A stretch of 31,611 nucleotides of DNA from a virus (IMGVR_UViG_3300031519_011018:1-31611); one strand, 5' to 3'; positions 1-10,101 are shown, numbered from the stretch's first letter. Translations and numbers: made by a program. The notes: generated from the letters alone by a model not told the origin.

Positions 1-324
1 CTTCTTCATCTGAATAGCAAAGCTAGTGATGTTATCTAAGTTGATTGGAAAATCAAACAGTGACTTCATATAGCCAAGCTCCTGATCTGTAGCTATATGT
101 TCCTCTACTCCTAGCTGTTTAGCAGATGACAAGATTGCAGGAAGGTCTGCCTTCTGGTCATTCTTGATGATGGTATCAATACATTTAAATAATATTTGAT
201 TATTCGAGTCGCCAAATGAGTCTACAGTAATCAACTCGGCTACACGAACCCAAGCATCTATATCATGCTGAAACAATGCGGACAGTACCGCTCTTTCTGC
301 ACCAACGTCATATAACTCTGACAT
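1..324 (-). CDS. dnaB: Replicative DnaB-like helicase, N-terminal domain (runs off the window start; absent from the ORF track)
   Basis: Manual translation from ATG at 324: MSELYDVGAERAVLSALFQHDIDAWVRVAELITVDSFGDSNNQILFKCIDTII. This matches the DnaB N-terminal pattern (AERAVL...F....Q.IF..I). The frame stays open to position 1. Confidence 0.8.
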   Translation of the reverse strand, partial: MSELYDVGAERAVLSALFQHDIDAWVRVAELITVDSFGDSNNQILFKCIDTIIKNDQKADLPAILSSAKQLGVEEHIATDQELGYMKSLFDFPINLDNITSFAIQMKK

Positions 325-325
325 A

Positions 326-781
326 TTATCTCCCGCAACATTTCGAACATCGGTGGAATTCACCATGAATAAACTTTTTGACAATCTTCTCGCTCTTGCC
401 GCAAACGCTACACTTGACACTTACTGTCTCTACTGGCTTACGTCGCCTCTGTGTTGGCGTAAACTCTGGCGTGTCCGTATCTGAGGCTTTGCATCCGCCA
501 CTGTCTACAAACTCATTCTTACCGCTGGCTCTCACCGCTGTCTTTTTCTTGGGGGAAGTACCCATTGCGAATTCATCAGATGGTGCATTCTTTTCTCTTT
601 CTTCTTCAAGCTCTTTCTTAATAAATGGAGGCATAGTAGTTGTCCACTTTGGATTCATATCTATGTCTTCTTCTGGAGTTTCATCTTCCGCTACTGGGGG
701 TGTACCACTGTCCTGCAATGCTGCCATGAACATTGCTTTTTGTTGGTCGGACAGAGACCTCATGAAGTCATCCATACTCAT
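326..781 (-). CDS. Hypothetical protein with acidic low-complexity N-terminus and C-terminal Zn-ribbon
   Basis: CSVC...CSKC at the C-terminus; tightly coupled to the neighbouring genes. Confidence 0.7.
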   Translation of the reverse strand: MSMDDFMRSLSDQQKAMFMAALQDSGTPPVAEDETPEEDIDMNPKWTTTMPPFIKKELEEEREKNAPSDEFAMGTSPKKKTAVRASGKNEFVDSGGCKASDTDTPEFTPTQRRRKPVETVSVKCSVCGKSEKIVKKFIHGEFHRCSKCCGR

Positions 782-1311
782 GTTCGTTTACCTTTCTCTA
801 ATAAGATTGTGCTTTTCTGTTTTAGTTCCCAGACTTTACCATTCAGGCTGGATAGTCGTGCTTCCGCAACTACTAGCATCCTATTGACTCTTGAGACAAA
901 GTTATTATCAGCTATAAGCTGGTACCGTCTCTGCTCATGCTTCTGGTATTGACCGAATGATTCTCGGTGTCTCTGCACCAATGTTTCGATCTGGTCATTG
1001 CACCAGTTTGTGATAATTTGGTAACGATTGTACTCATCCTGAAGATATGTTGCATACCCCTGTAGCATATATGCGTAATTAAACAATTCAGCCTGAGGCA
1101 ACGCCTTGAGTTCTGATAAAGACATATTTGCTGCCTCAATGTACTCACCGTGAAAGCTAGAGTAATTACTGTTGCTATCATTGATGTATGTGTCTAGCTT
1201 ATCCAGATGTTTTGCAAGCATTTCTGCTGCTGGATTCTCGATACCTTCTGGGGTATGATCTAGTTCTTCTTTAATTGATTCTGCTGACAATTTGATCTCT
1301 CCAAACTTCAT
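778..1311 (-). CDS. Helical/coiled-coil hypothetical protein (possible UvsY-like recombination mediator)
   Basis: Heptad-rich helical sequence two genes downstream of recA. The start may be internal (ATG at 1221). Confidence 0.55.
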   Translation of the reverse strand: MKFGEIKLSAESIKEELDHTPEGIENPAAEMLAKHLDKLDTYINDSNSNYSSFHGEYIEAANMSLSELKALPQAELFNYAYMLQGYATYLQDEYNRYQIITNWCNDQIETLVQRHRESFGQYQKHEQRRYQLIADNNFVSRVNRMLVVAEARLSSLNGKVWELKQKSTILLEKGKRT

Positions 1312-1702
1312 CGGGGTCTGAGTATTTTAGTTCTACGACTGATATACCATTCATCTCGCACCAATCTATTTTATCCTCATCTCGACCTTTTGACAAGATA
1401 AAATTTGCTTTTGATCTATGAAAAAATTCACAGTACTCATAATGCTGTTGTCCATGGACTTCTATGGCTTTCATGAGATTGGGAATAAAAAAGTCAATAT
1501 ATAAAACACCTTTCTTGTGCGATGCCGTACTACCCGGCAGTTTTACTTCTTCAAGGATACGATAACTATGATATATTTCGTTGAGTAATTCTCTTGCTCT
1601 AATATGAAACTTTGACCTTTTACGGGTGTCATTGGCTTTTATGTCGTATTTAGTCAGATTCCACGTATATTCTCGTCCATTGAATCCTCTCACTTTCATC
1701 AT
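1271..1702 (-). CDS. PD-(D/E)xK endonuclease, Vsr/DUF559-like
   Basis: YIDFFIP...AIEVHGQQH...RDEDK motif. Confidence 0.8.
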   Translation of the reverse strand: MMKVRGFNGREYTWNLTKYDIKANDTRKRSKFHIRARELLNEIYHSYRILEEVKLPGSTASHKKGVLYIDFFIPNLMKAIEVHGQQHYEYCEFFHRSKANFILSKGRDEDKIDWCEMNGISVVELKYSDPDEVWRDQIVSRIN

Positions 1703-2817
1703 ACAAAGAGTTCCCTAACTTGTTCGTATATAAACTGAACCACATCTGGATTCTGACTGAGAAAATCACACGTGTTGTTAGCACCTTGAAACTTGAAGAA
1801 CTTCTCAACTGCTTCTGCGTCAGTAGCATCAATCTCATTCTCTTGTAGCAACTTAGCCACTGCCGGATGTTCTACATCATTCACTGCACATTGTATAGTA
1901 TACCAAGCACCGGCTGTCTTAATGAGTCTAAATTCACAAGCAGCCTGAACTACTTCTTGTGTCTCGTCGAGACCAATGCCGTAACGAATCCAGCTAGCGG
2001 CTGTTGAGTTGGGCGTACCTCCAGCATTAGATGTTTTGATCTTCCAGTTTGCGATCTGTCCTACGTGAGGCCCAGTGTCTTTCGGTACTTGCCATCGACC
2101 TACGTGGGTGATGACCATGTTGGTGCCAGCCTGATACTGTAGCATGTTTCCACAGTCTGCCATCTTCGCTGGTGCATAGGGAGAACCACCGCTGTTAGCG
2201 ATATTATGCGTCACTGCGATGAGTATAGTTTTATTCTTCATCAGAGAGCCACTGATTCGTTTAAAAAACATGGACAGTAGCCGAGGCAGTGCATTTCGCA
2301 CACCTGTACGTACTTCACCGTCTAATTCTACGGATGGTACCATATTAGATAGTGAATCACATATAATAAGACAACCGGGATCATTATTGACGTAATACTC
2401 TATAATATTAAGGAAATCTTCTGCTGATAATATACGATCATCTGTAGACTCTACTATTAATATATCATCTGAACTTAATCCTTTAATACCCTCAAAATTT
2501 TGCCGTGATAGTCGTCCCTCTGTATTAACATATATAATACGTTTATCTAGTCTTTGGCATTTCGCCGCAAAGTGCAAAGCTGTTGTAGTCTTGCCTGACT
2601 TGGGGTCTCCTGTCATAACTACGACAGAGCCTTCCCTGAGTCCACCGCCCAAGGCCATATCTAGAGATGGGGACACTCCGATAGTGTTTAGACTATTAAT
2701 AGCAGCTAAAACTTCCGTACCAGTGCGTACAACGCTGCCATATTTACCTACTATTGCACTGCTCACAAGATCATCTGTAAATTTAGGTGCTGCTTTTACC
2801 TTCTTGGGTCGTCCCAT
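1699..2817 (-). CDS. recA: RecA/UvsX-like recombinase
   Basis: SLDMALGGGL, Walker A GDPKSGKTT, YVNTEG, Walker B IICDSL, C-terminal AGAWY. Confidence 0.92.
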   Translation of the reverse strand: MGRPKKVKAAPKFTDDLVSSAIVGKYGSVVRTGTEVLAAINSLNTIGVSPSLDMALGGGLREGSVVVMTGDPKSGKTTTALHFAAKCQRLDKRIIYVNTEGRLSRQNFEGIKGLSSDDILIVESTDDRILSAEDFLNIIEYYVNNDPGCLIICDSLSNMVPSVELDGEVRTGVRNALPRLLSMFFKRISGSLMKNKTILIAVTHNIANSGGSPYAPAKMADCGNMLQYQAGTNMVITHVGRWQVPKDTGPHVGQIANWKIKTSNAGGTPNSTAASWIRYGIGLDETQEVVQAACEFRLIKTAGAWYTIQCAVNDVEHPAVAKLLQENEIDATDAEAVEKFFKFQGANNTCDFLSQNPDVVQFIYEQVRELFV

Positions 2818-3332
2818 TATAATTTCCTCAAATTGTTAAGTGTTGATTTCTTTTTACTGTATGATTGTGTGCGTCTGGTCTTGACGTCTTTCTTTTCTTC
2901 CGTTGCGTCTAGGTTGACTTCTGTCTTTTTGGCCTTGTTTTGCTCCTCCTTATTATAGCTCTCAATGGCATTTAAAGCAACCTCATTTATTGCCATTCCA
3001 CCAAATACTTTGGCATACTTACCAATATAATATATCTTATCAAAATACTTGGAATTGATAGCACCTATAATAGTCTTTTCATCATATTTCTTTAATAATG
3101 TATTACAAGCACGAACCTGCCTCAAGAATGCATAATGAAGTGGCTCGCCCTTGCTCCAGAACTTGTAGGGAGGCTTAGGCTTACGGAAAGCATCTTGATA
3201 CCGCAGTATTAAATACTCTGCTATGTACGCAGCGAAAGTACAATGCTCACCAGTCGTTTGGTGCTTATACTTGTGACTCTCTGACCATTTAGTCTGATAT
3301 TCACTGTGAAATAATTTAGGCTTGTCCGCCAT
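2817..3332 (-). CDS. Hypothetical phage protein
   Basis: 171-aa ORF overlapping both neighbours; basic C-terminus. Confidence 0.7.
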   Translation of the reverse strand: MADKPKLFHSEYQTKWSESHKYKHQTTGEHCTFAAYIAEYLILRYQDAFRKPKPPYKFWSKGEPLHYAFLRQVRACNTLLKKYDEKTIIGAINSKYFDKIYYIGKYAKVFGGMAINEVALNAIESYNKEEQNKAKKTEVNLDATEEKKDVKTRRTQSYSKKKSTLNNLRKL

Positions 3333-3750
3333 TATATATTAGTGCCTCTGGGAAACATTCTGCTATGTCGCTCTCTTCGGTAGAATCTTCTACGATTGCT
3401 GGCACATGCCACCTTGTCTTGGTTACGACATGTCCATCATAAGTTCCAACGGTATAATAATGTAAAGTAGAACCACCAAACTGTGCCTGTACTGATCGTA
3501 CAAGGTATACAGCTACGCTACCCGAAACATCGATTGGTACCTCGTGAGTTCTAAAGCGTAAGCCAACTTCAACAATGTCTACGTGTAACTTTTCTACCTC
3601 ATCTTTTAGAGTGAGCCATTGACTATACTCCTTAAGATATATAACACGTCCGTTGCTGAAAACTACTTTTATCCATATACCTTTTCGACCGCCCTTTTGG
3701 TATGCGGCAGCCCAACCTTCTTCGCCCTGAATATATTTATCAAGAACCAC
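3316..3750 (-). CDS. Hypothetical phage protein
   Basis: 144-aa ORF with GTG start preceded by AAGGAG. Confidence 0.7.
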   Translation of the reverse strand: MVLDKYIQGEEGWAAAYQKGGRKGIWIKVVFSNGRVIYLKEYSQWLTLKDEVEKLHVDIVEVGLRFRTHEVPIDVSGSVAVYLVRSVQAQFGGSTLHYYTVGTYDGHVVTKTRWHVPAIVEDSTEESDIAECFPEALIYNGGQA

Positions 3751-3755
3751 CTTGA

Positions 3756-4055
3756 CTACTCCTTATGAATTGGTGAAGTACACATGTCGTGAGAAGCTGG
3801 TAACTTGCGTGTCTTGGTAGCATCTGACGCCATCGATGCAGCCTCTGTCATAACTGCTGTGCCTTTGCCTGTCTGAATGTTTTGTCCAGCCAAAGACTGA
3901 CTCTCTGTTTTAATTGGATTATCAGTCAAATACTTTTGTACGATTTTCAATCCTCGATTCAAAGAATCAGCAATTTCTTGATCTGACATAGATGATCGAT
4001 TGCCATCAATGAAATATGTTTCTACTCTACTTAATTTGCCTCGTTTAGTTGACAT
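3756..4055 (-). CDS. Small HTH-like protein
   Basis: MSDQEIADSLNRGLKIVQKYL resembles a helix-turn-helix. Confidence 0.6.
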   Translation of the reverse strand: MSTKRGKLSRVETYFIDGNRSSMSDQEIADSLNRGLKIVQKYLTDNPIKTESQSLAGQNIQTGKGTAVMTEAASMASDATKTRKLPASHDMCTSPIHKE

Positions 4056-4389
4056 TTAAAAAAGTCCTTTCCGCTGCTATGAAATGTGATTTGTTGCTAG
4101 TCTTTAGATATTTTGTGTAATGATTAAATGCCTCTGGATTTGTAGACTTGAGTTGAATGTTCAAGGACACTTCTCTATTAGAATATCCACCGATTGGATC
4201 GTACAGAGAACCCAGATACGTAGCTACTAGAAATCGAGTCTTGCTAGAATCACCCAAGTCGTAATCTAGCTCTTTTGCGACCACTGTGCCACGTTTAGTT
4301 TTATGTGTCCGCTCGCCATCTTTAGCGTGTAGTTCTTTTCTCTCAGACTCAACGTCTGTTCTGCAATTATGCAGATGTTGTTTCTTCAT
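4045..4389 (-). CDS. Hypothetical phage protein
   Basis: 114-aa ORF with AAGGA RBS. Confidence 0.7.
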   Translation of the reverse strand: MKKQHLHNCRTDVESERKELHAKDGERTHKTKRGTVVAKELDYDLGDSSKTRFLVATYLGSLYDPIGGYSNREVSLNIQLKSTNPEAFNHYTKYLKTSNKSHFIAAERTFLNVN

Positions 4390-4410
4390 CTGTTATCCTT
4401 TCCTGAATAT

Positions 4411-4449
4411 GAAATATGAGGCACCATTGGGTTACAACAGTGCCTCATA
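4411..4449 (-). terminator. Stem-loop after phoH (terminator or mRNA stabiliser)
   Basis: UAUGAGGCACUGUUG-UAACC-CAAUGGUGCCUCAUA, a 15-bp stem including G-U pairs, followed by a short UUUC. Confidence 0.6.
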
Positions 4450-4460
4450 CTCATTATAGC

Positions 4461-5168
4461 CTAATCTTCAAGTGCTGACAACACTTTTCCAATTATTCCG
4501 TTCCTTTGAATGTCTTCATACCCTAAAATGGATGTGCCAATGCCTTCAATGTCGCGTAATTTCTCCATGCAGCCATATAAGCCGCTATGTGAACGAACAT
4601 CTGTCTGCTTAGCGTCACCGTTAATAATGACGGTAGAATGATTACCCATTCTGGTAATAAACATTTTGATCTGCTCTACTGTGCAGTTCTGAGCTTCGTC
4701 AAGAATCATTATAGCATCATGATATGTAGAGCCACGCATGGTCTCTAGAGGCTCGAATCGAATCCTCTTCTGGTTATAATATAAACCAAACTTATCTCTA
4801 CCAAGGAAGTGTCTTAAATTTTCTTCCATTGGTGCTAGATATGGCTTGATTTTGTCCGCCAGTTCGCCGGGAAGAGAACCAATGTCTTTTCCAGTACAAA
4901 CTAGAGGACGAGTAACTATGACTTGATCGACACCATCTCTGAGAAGTCTACTCGCAGCAACACCGGCAGCGATAAATGATTTGCCAGTTCCTGATGGACC
5001 TATGCAAAAAGTGATGTCGTTACTCAGAATTGATCTAATGTAATCTTTCTGGTTGGGGGTTTTTGCTACTAGAACATTTGGTTTTGGTGGGTTACGTTCT
5101 TCCTGTCGTCTCTGACGACAAGCAGTTTTCTTTTTCGTTTTCGTTTTTTTATTTGCCGCTACTCCCAA
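4461..5168 (-). CDS. phoH: PhoH-like ATPase
   Basis: GPSGTGKS, IGSLPG, MRGST, ILDEAQN, GDAKQTD, DIQRN. Start codon uncertain (TTG). Confidence 0.95.
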   Translation of the reverse strand: MGVAANKKTKTKKKTACRQRRQEERNPPKPNVLVAKTPNQKDYIRSILSNDITFCIGPSGTGKSFIAAGVAASRLLRDGVDQVIVTRPLVCTGKDIGSLPGELADKIKPYLAPMEENLRHFLGRDKFGLYYNQKRIRFEPLETMRGSTYHDAIMILDEAQNCTVEQIKMFITRMGNHSTVIINGDAKQTDVRSHSGLYGCMEKLRDIEGIGTSILGYEDIQRNGIIGKVLSALED

Positions 5169-5577
5169 AGCCCTTACCTCCGCGTTGGGAAGCCCCTAAG
5201 CTGTTTCTCACAGTGAGTGTCACCTTGGGCACTTCTTGGAAAAGAATCTGAGCGATCCTGTCGCCCATGCTAATCTCTAAATCTTCAATTGAAGTATTCA
5301 AGAGACAGACTTTAATCTCTCCGAGGTAGCCAGAATCTATGACTCCGGCTAACACATCAATCCCACTTCTGACAGAGAGTCCAGACCTAGGCCAAATGAG
5401 GCCAGTTAGCCCTTCCTCCATACCAAAAGCGATTCCTGTTTTAACAACTCTGCGTTCTCCTGATATAATGACCACACTCTCAGAAGAGTATAAATCGTAT
5501 CCGGCATCTGCTTCGTGTGCTTGCGTAGGAACCTTTGCTTGTTCGTTTAAAAGTTTTACGTTAATATTGTAGCTCAT
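5149..5577 (-). CDS. dut: Trimeric dUTPase
   Basis: All five motifs present: AGYDL, PRSGL, GVIDSGYLGE, GDRIAQ, RGGKGFGSSG. Confidence 0.97.
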   Translation of the reverse strand: MSYNINVKLLNEQAKVPTQAHEADAGYDLYSSESVVIISGERRVVKTGIAFGMEEGLTGLIWPRSGLSVRSGIDVLAGVIDSGYLGEIKVCLLNTSIEDLEISMGDRIAQILFQEVPKVTLTVRNSLGASQRGGKGFGSSGK

Positions 5578-6644
5578 AGTAAATCACCAAAGTCTGTGTC
5601 TCCAAGGTCGTTGGTGGTTGCACCAATTTTGTAAGATGTTATTTCATGCTCTTGCGGAGCCACTTGTACTGCTTCACTTCTCATCCATGGGTCTGTCCAT
5701 CCAGCGATAGGATTTTTACATCCAGACTGATATGGTAGACCAATCGCCTTGCGACGACTCATGCACAACCAATCAACATACTGACTAAGAACTTTCTCGT
5801 TCAGTCCAATGATTGATCCATCTTTGAATAAGTATTCTGCCCAAGCTTTCTCTTCTCTTGCGGCACTTTCAAACATCTCACACGCCTCTTCTTCACATTC
5901 TTTGGCAATTTTATCAAAGCCTTCTTCTGGTGAATTCCTGAGAATCTTAATGATCTCTTGAGTATTGTATAAATGCAGTGCTTCATCTCGTTTGATGAGC
6001 TTGATGATATCTGCATTCCCCACCATCTTTTTATTTTCAGCAAAGGCAAACGCACATACGAATGAAACGTAGAACCTAACTGCTTCAAGTATATTAATAG
6101 TAACGAGTGTTAAATATATTTGTTTCTTGAGAGCCTTGGTCGATGTAGCAGCCTTGGTCATCTCTGATAGTTTGTTATACTCTTTTATAACTACTTTGGC
6201 ACGTTTAAGTATTTCCTTATCTTCAAAACAACTATCTAGAACTTCGCCGGGTTCATTATAAACATTCTTAATAATGTAAGTATAACTGTAGCTGTGTATC
6301 TGCTCAAAGAACTGCCATGCATTCATTGATGCTTCTAGCTCTGGATTAGACACAAACTGCGTTAGACTGGGGACGCCGCGACAAATCACGGAGTCTAGCA
6401 AGGTTTGATATTTCAGATTGGACGTGAAGATAAACTTTTCGTTCTCTTCCATTAGACCTTTGTAGTCATTACGATCTTTCGTTAGACTGATCTCTTCGGG
6501 CCTCCAAAACATTTCCATCTGTTTTTTATACAGATCAAAGAATACTGGGTACTTAAATTTGTCGTACCGCTGTAGGCCCAAGTTTTCGCCCAAGAATAAA
6601 GGTTGTTGTTGATGGTCAACATTCTTGATATTTAATATTGTCAT
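5574..6644 (-). CDS. nrdB: Class Ia ribonucleotide reductase beta subunit
   Basis: FWRPEEI, LLDSV, EQIHSYSY (radical Tyr), LEAVRF, RDEALH, VAPQEHEITSY. Confidence 0.97.
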   Translation of the reverse strand: MTILNIKNVDHQQQPLFLGENLGLQRYDKFKYPVFFDLYKKQMEMFWRPEEISLTKDRNDYKGLMEENEKFIFTSNLKYQTLLDSVICRGVPSLTQFVSNPELEASMNAWQFFEQIHSYSYTYIIKNVYNEPGEVLDSCFEDKEILKRAKVVIKEYNKLSEMTKAATSTKALKKQIYLTLVTINILEAVRFYVSFVCAFAFAENKKMVGNADIIKLIKRDEALHLYNTQEIIKILRNSPEEGFDKIAKECEEEACEMFESAAREEKAWAEYLFKDGSIIGLNEKVLSQYVDWLCMSRRKAIGLPYQSGCKNPIAGWTDPWMRSEAVQVAPQEHEITSYKIGATTNDLGDTDFGDLL

Positions 6645-6683
6645 TAAGTATAATTCTCCTCTAAAATAATATACACAGTATGG

Positions 6684-8924
6684 TCAAATACTACACGAAC
6701 CACCGACACAACCATCCTCTTCACCACTATCTTTGTTATGCTCTTGGTCTCCATCTGGGCTATTAGCGTAATAAAAGTTCTTTAATCCGTATTTATATCC
6801 TTTGATCTGGTCTTTAATAAGAGTAGATAATGGTATATTACCATCTTCATAATGAGCATAGTTATAATATAAATTAATACTCATACTCATATCTACAAAT
6901 TTTTGTATTACGGCACCAATATTAAGTAATGCATCATTGTTCTTTAAATCCCACGCTATCGTGTAATAACTTTTCCGCGTACTATAGTTTGGCACCAGTT
7001 GCTTCAAAACGCCATTCTTAGCCTTCTTGTAGGAAAGTAGATTCCTGACAGGTTCTATTCCATTTGTGCTGTTCTGGATGACGCTAGAGGACTCACAGGG
7101 CATGATTGCAGACAGGGTAGAGTGTCTCATCCCATGCTCTTTGATTCGACCCCTGAGAGCCTCCCAGTCCATATTATACTCTGGCTTTACCAGTGTGTCA
7201 ACAGTCTTTTTATACCAATCAATGGGAAGAAGCCCTTGTGCGTACTTAGTATCATCAAACTTTGCACATGGGCCTAACTCCTCTGCCAAATCGACAGACG
7301 CTTCTATGAGGTAGTATTGAATCTTCTCCATCATGTCATGGACTAGCTTTAAAGCCTCTGGGTCCGTATAAAGTGTCTTGTTTTTAGCTAGCCAGCCTGC
7401 TAGATTGGTTACTCCAATCCCAAGAGACCTTCTGTTTTTGGTGAAATTTTCTCCTGCTGGCACAGGGTAATCTTGATAATCAATTACTGCTTCAAGAGTT
7501 TTTACAGCCATTTGGCAAGCGTTGGCAATATCCTTGTCCGTCTTTAGCTCCAGCAGATTTAGTGCGGACAAGATGCAGATACCAATTTCTCCATCTTTGT
7601 CGTCTATGTCACTAATGGGCTGAGTCGGATGAATGATCTCTTGACACAGGTTTGACATGTGAACGGGAATGTCCCATGAGCCATGTTCGTTTGCGTTGTC
7701 AATATTCATTGAATATATCCTGCCGGTCTCAAGTCTCTCCTTAGCGTAAATCTCTGCTAGCTTACGTGCCGGGATTTTCCTTTTCATTCTAATGCTACGG
7801 GAGTTCTCGTACTTGATATAAAGTTTTTCAAACTCCTCATTGTCTCCAAACGCATCGTACAGTCCTTGTGCTTCTGCTGGACTGAATAATGTAATGTCTT
7901 CATTTTTAATTAATCGTTCGTAGAATAGCTTGCAGAATTGTATAGAGTAATCCAATTTTCGAACACGATTATCGTCAGTGCCAGCATTATTCTTGAGTAC
8001 CAACACGTCTTCAATCTCAAGATGCCAGAATGGCACATGTACAGTAGCTGATCCTCCACGTATACCGTTTTGACTTGTCGCCTTGACTGCTGACTCAAAG
8101 ATTTTAAGATATGGAATCAGTCCAGTGTGTACAACTTCGCCACCTCTAATTGAGGAGTTGATAGGTCTAACTCTCCCGATGTTGAGTCCAATGCCAGCAC
8201 GACGTGCCGTGTACTTACCAACAGCATGTACGCTGGCAAATATCGAAGCCAAGTCATCTTCTACGTCAACCAGTACGCAACTTGCAAACTGTTTAATTTT
8301 AGTTCTGACTCCAGCCATGATTGGCGTTGGCAGGTTTACCTTGAAGGTAGAGAAGCACTCGTAAGCATTGATTACATCTTGCTTGTCTTTAAACAAGGAT
8401 AGAGCGATAGACATGTAAGCAAACTGTGGAGTCTCGTACATTTGATGAGTGATACGGTTCTTCACTAGATATTTGTCTACCATCTGCTGTAGTCCAGCAT
8501 AAGTAAATAAATAATCTCGATCATGTTTAATATGTTTATCAAACTCTTTGAGTTGAGATTTATTCCACTTAGTCTTCAATGCTCTATCGTATACTCCGTC
8601 GTCTATATTATTATATATATGCTCATGTAGCGGAGGTGGCTGATCGTGATTTTCCCAAAGGTCTTTACGTAAAGACATATTCAAGAGTCGAGAAGCTACA
8701 TACTGATAGTTAGGATGACTTGTAGACACCAGATCATTAGCCGACTTGATAAGAATTTGATGAATTTCTTCAGTTCCTATTTTGTCTCGTAACGAAAGGT
8801 GTGCGTTCATCTCGATATCAGAAAGAGATACTCCGTTAATTCCTTCTATGGCCCACTCAACAACTTTATGAATCTTTTCTACACAATAATCTTCGAGATT
8901 TCCATCTCTCTTGGAGACCTGCAT
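6684..8924 (-). CDS. nrdA: Class Ia ribonucleotide reductase alpha subunit with ATP-cone
   Basis: VSKRDG ATP-cone, FASCVL, SNLCQEI, GICILS, FYY and C-terminal CVGGSC. Start placed at ATG 8924 after a GAGGTG RBS. No intein or intron seen. Confidence 0.97.
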   Translation of the reverse strand: MQVSKRDGNLEDYCVEKIHKVVEWAIEGINGVSLSDIEMNAHLSLRDKIGTEEIHQILIKSANDLVSTSHPNYQYVASRLLNMSLRKDLWENHDQPPPLHEHIYNNIDDGVYDRALKTKWNKSQLKEFDKHIKHDRDYLFTYAGLQQMVDKYLVKNRITHQMYETPQFAYMSIALSLFKDKQDVINAYECFSTFKVNLPTPIMAGVRTKIKQFASCVLVDVEDDLASIFASVHAVGKYTARRAGIGLNIGRVRPINSSIRGGEVVHTGLIPYLKIFESAVKATSQNGIRGGSATVHVPFWHLEIEDVLVLKNNAGTDDNRVRKLDYSIQFCKLFYERLIKNEDITLFSPAEAQGLYDAFGDNEEFEKLYIKYENSRSIRMKRKIPARKLAEIYAKERLETGRIYSMNIDNANEHGSWDIPVHMSNLCQEIIHPTQPISDIDDKDGEIGICILSALNLLELKTDKDIANACQMAVKTLEAVIDYQDYPVPAGENFTKNRRSLGIGVTNLAGWLAKNKTLYTDPEALKLVHDMMEKIQYYLIEASVDLAEELGPCAKFDDTKYAQGLLPIDWYKKTVDTLVKPEYNMDWEALRGRIKEHGMRHSTLSAIMPCESSSVIQNSTNGIEPVRNLLSYKKAKNGVLKQLVPNYSTRKSYYTIAWDLKNNDALLNIGAVIQKFVDMSMSINLYYNYAHYEDGNIPLSTLIKDQIKGYKYGLKNFYYANSPDGDQEHNKDSGEEDGCVGGSCSI

Positions 8925-8969
8925 TGTACACCTCACCTAGGGAATTTATGAAAATGGGGGAAAATAAAC

Positions 8970-9611
8970 TTAATTATTTATCATTCTGTCTATTACTCGT
9001 TCTACTATCCATTTAATAATATATGGTAATAATAGATTTATGAGTAAAATAGCTATGATAGAGCCGCTCACTTCTGACTTCATTTGCTGCTTAGTGAACT
9101 TATAACACTCTTTTTTCAGCTTTCTGACGTCGCTGCTGGATGCACCAGCAAAATCAGTGCCGCCTTCTAGTGCCAGTGTAGTCCAAGCCTGAGCATATTG
9201 CAAAGCCTTCTCTGCTAATCTACGAGACTCTTCGTCTTCAAAATTAGCATCTATCTCATAATGAAGACTTGTGTCAGGAGATAGTATTTCGTACTGGCTG
9301 GAGAGCGGTGGTGCCCCAAAGACTTTAGTGTCATCGTCTATGTTAAAGTTGATGTCTGGAAAATTCTTTAGTTTAATTGTGCCTGAGCCATCTACGTCTA
9401 CATACACTTCTTCCAACTCTACTGAGAAAGTAATAATCTTTACAACACTTAGAGTTGGCCTATTCTGATTAAAAACTAATTGAACTGGTCCCTGTCCAGA
9501 GTAGAGCATAGCATTTAAAGGTGCTACACACTTAACGTTATATCCCTTAACGTCTAAGCCATTTTTTTGAAAAGCCTTATTAATTTGGCTTGTTATTTCC
9601 AGTACGTCCAT
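8970..9611 (-). CDS. Hypothetical protein with C-terminal membrane anchor
   Basis: GSIIAILLINLLLPYIIKWIV at the C-terminus. Confidence 0.7.
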   Translation of the reverse strand: MDVLEITSQINKAFQKNGLDVKGYNVKCVAPLNAMLYSGQGPVQLVFNQNRPTLSVVKIITFSVELEEVYVDVDGSGTIKLKNFPDINFNIDDDTKVFGAPPLSSQYEILSPDTSLHYEIDANFEDEESRRLAEKALQYAQAWTTLALEGGTDFAGASSSDVRKLKKECYKFTKQQMKSEVSGSIIAILLINLLLPYIIKWIVERVIDRMINN

Positions 9612-9642
9612 TGTTATTGTATTCCCTTGAGCAAATTGTTTA

Positions 9643-10101
9643 TTAATTAACGAGTGACCACGCCAAGCCAGAGAATAAATTACTTAGTCCTGTTTTTTCT
9701 TTTGAACTAAGCATATGCTCGGTGTTTCCTGTGACGTTAAAAATTTCTGAAGTTAGTCCTTCGTCAAATCCTTCGTACTTTCCTTCTAGTCTACCCTTAA
9801 ACACAAGGGTCGCTGAATGTACAATGAGATCATTCACCTGTTGTAGGGTAATGGTATCATAACTTTCAATCCTACTTGATAGCTCCAAAAAGTATAGAGC
9901 TATTTCAAGTTGGTCTTCTTCGTTGTCCACTGACGAGGAAACAGGCTCGACAACTACTTTGATCGCTTCCGATGGCTCAGTAATAGAAATGCTAGGCACT
10001 TCTGGTTCTGGCTTAGGGGTTGGCGAATCTAGCAAATCGAAAATCCCATTACCAAACACTCCATATGAAATTAGGAGGATAGCAATAATGTTCTTAATCA
10101 T
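9643..10101 (-). CDS. Signal-anchored/secreted protein with Pro-rich linker
   Basis: MIKNIIAILLISYGVFG, then PTPKPEPEVP, then a helical domain. Confidence 0.7.
   Translation of the reverse strand: MIKNIIAILLISYGVFGNGIFDLLDSPTPKPEPEVPSISITEPSEAIKVVVEPVSSSVDNEEDQLEIALYFLELSSRIESYDTITLQQVNDLIVHSATLVFKGRLEGKYEGFDEGLTSEIFNVTGNTEHMLSSKEKTGLSNLFSGLAWSLVN

Noticed and set aside
2340-2560. AT-rich patches inside recA (similar ones at the 3' ends of nrdA and glmS) as a replication origin or foreign insert
   Set aside because: They encode conserved protein motifs in frame, and no iterons or boundaries are visible.
6684-8924. Intron or intein in nrdA (also checked nrdB and recA)
   Set aside because: The frames are continuous, of normal length, and show no splice motifs.
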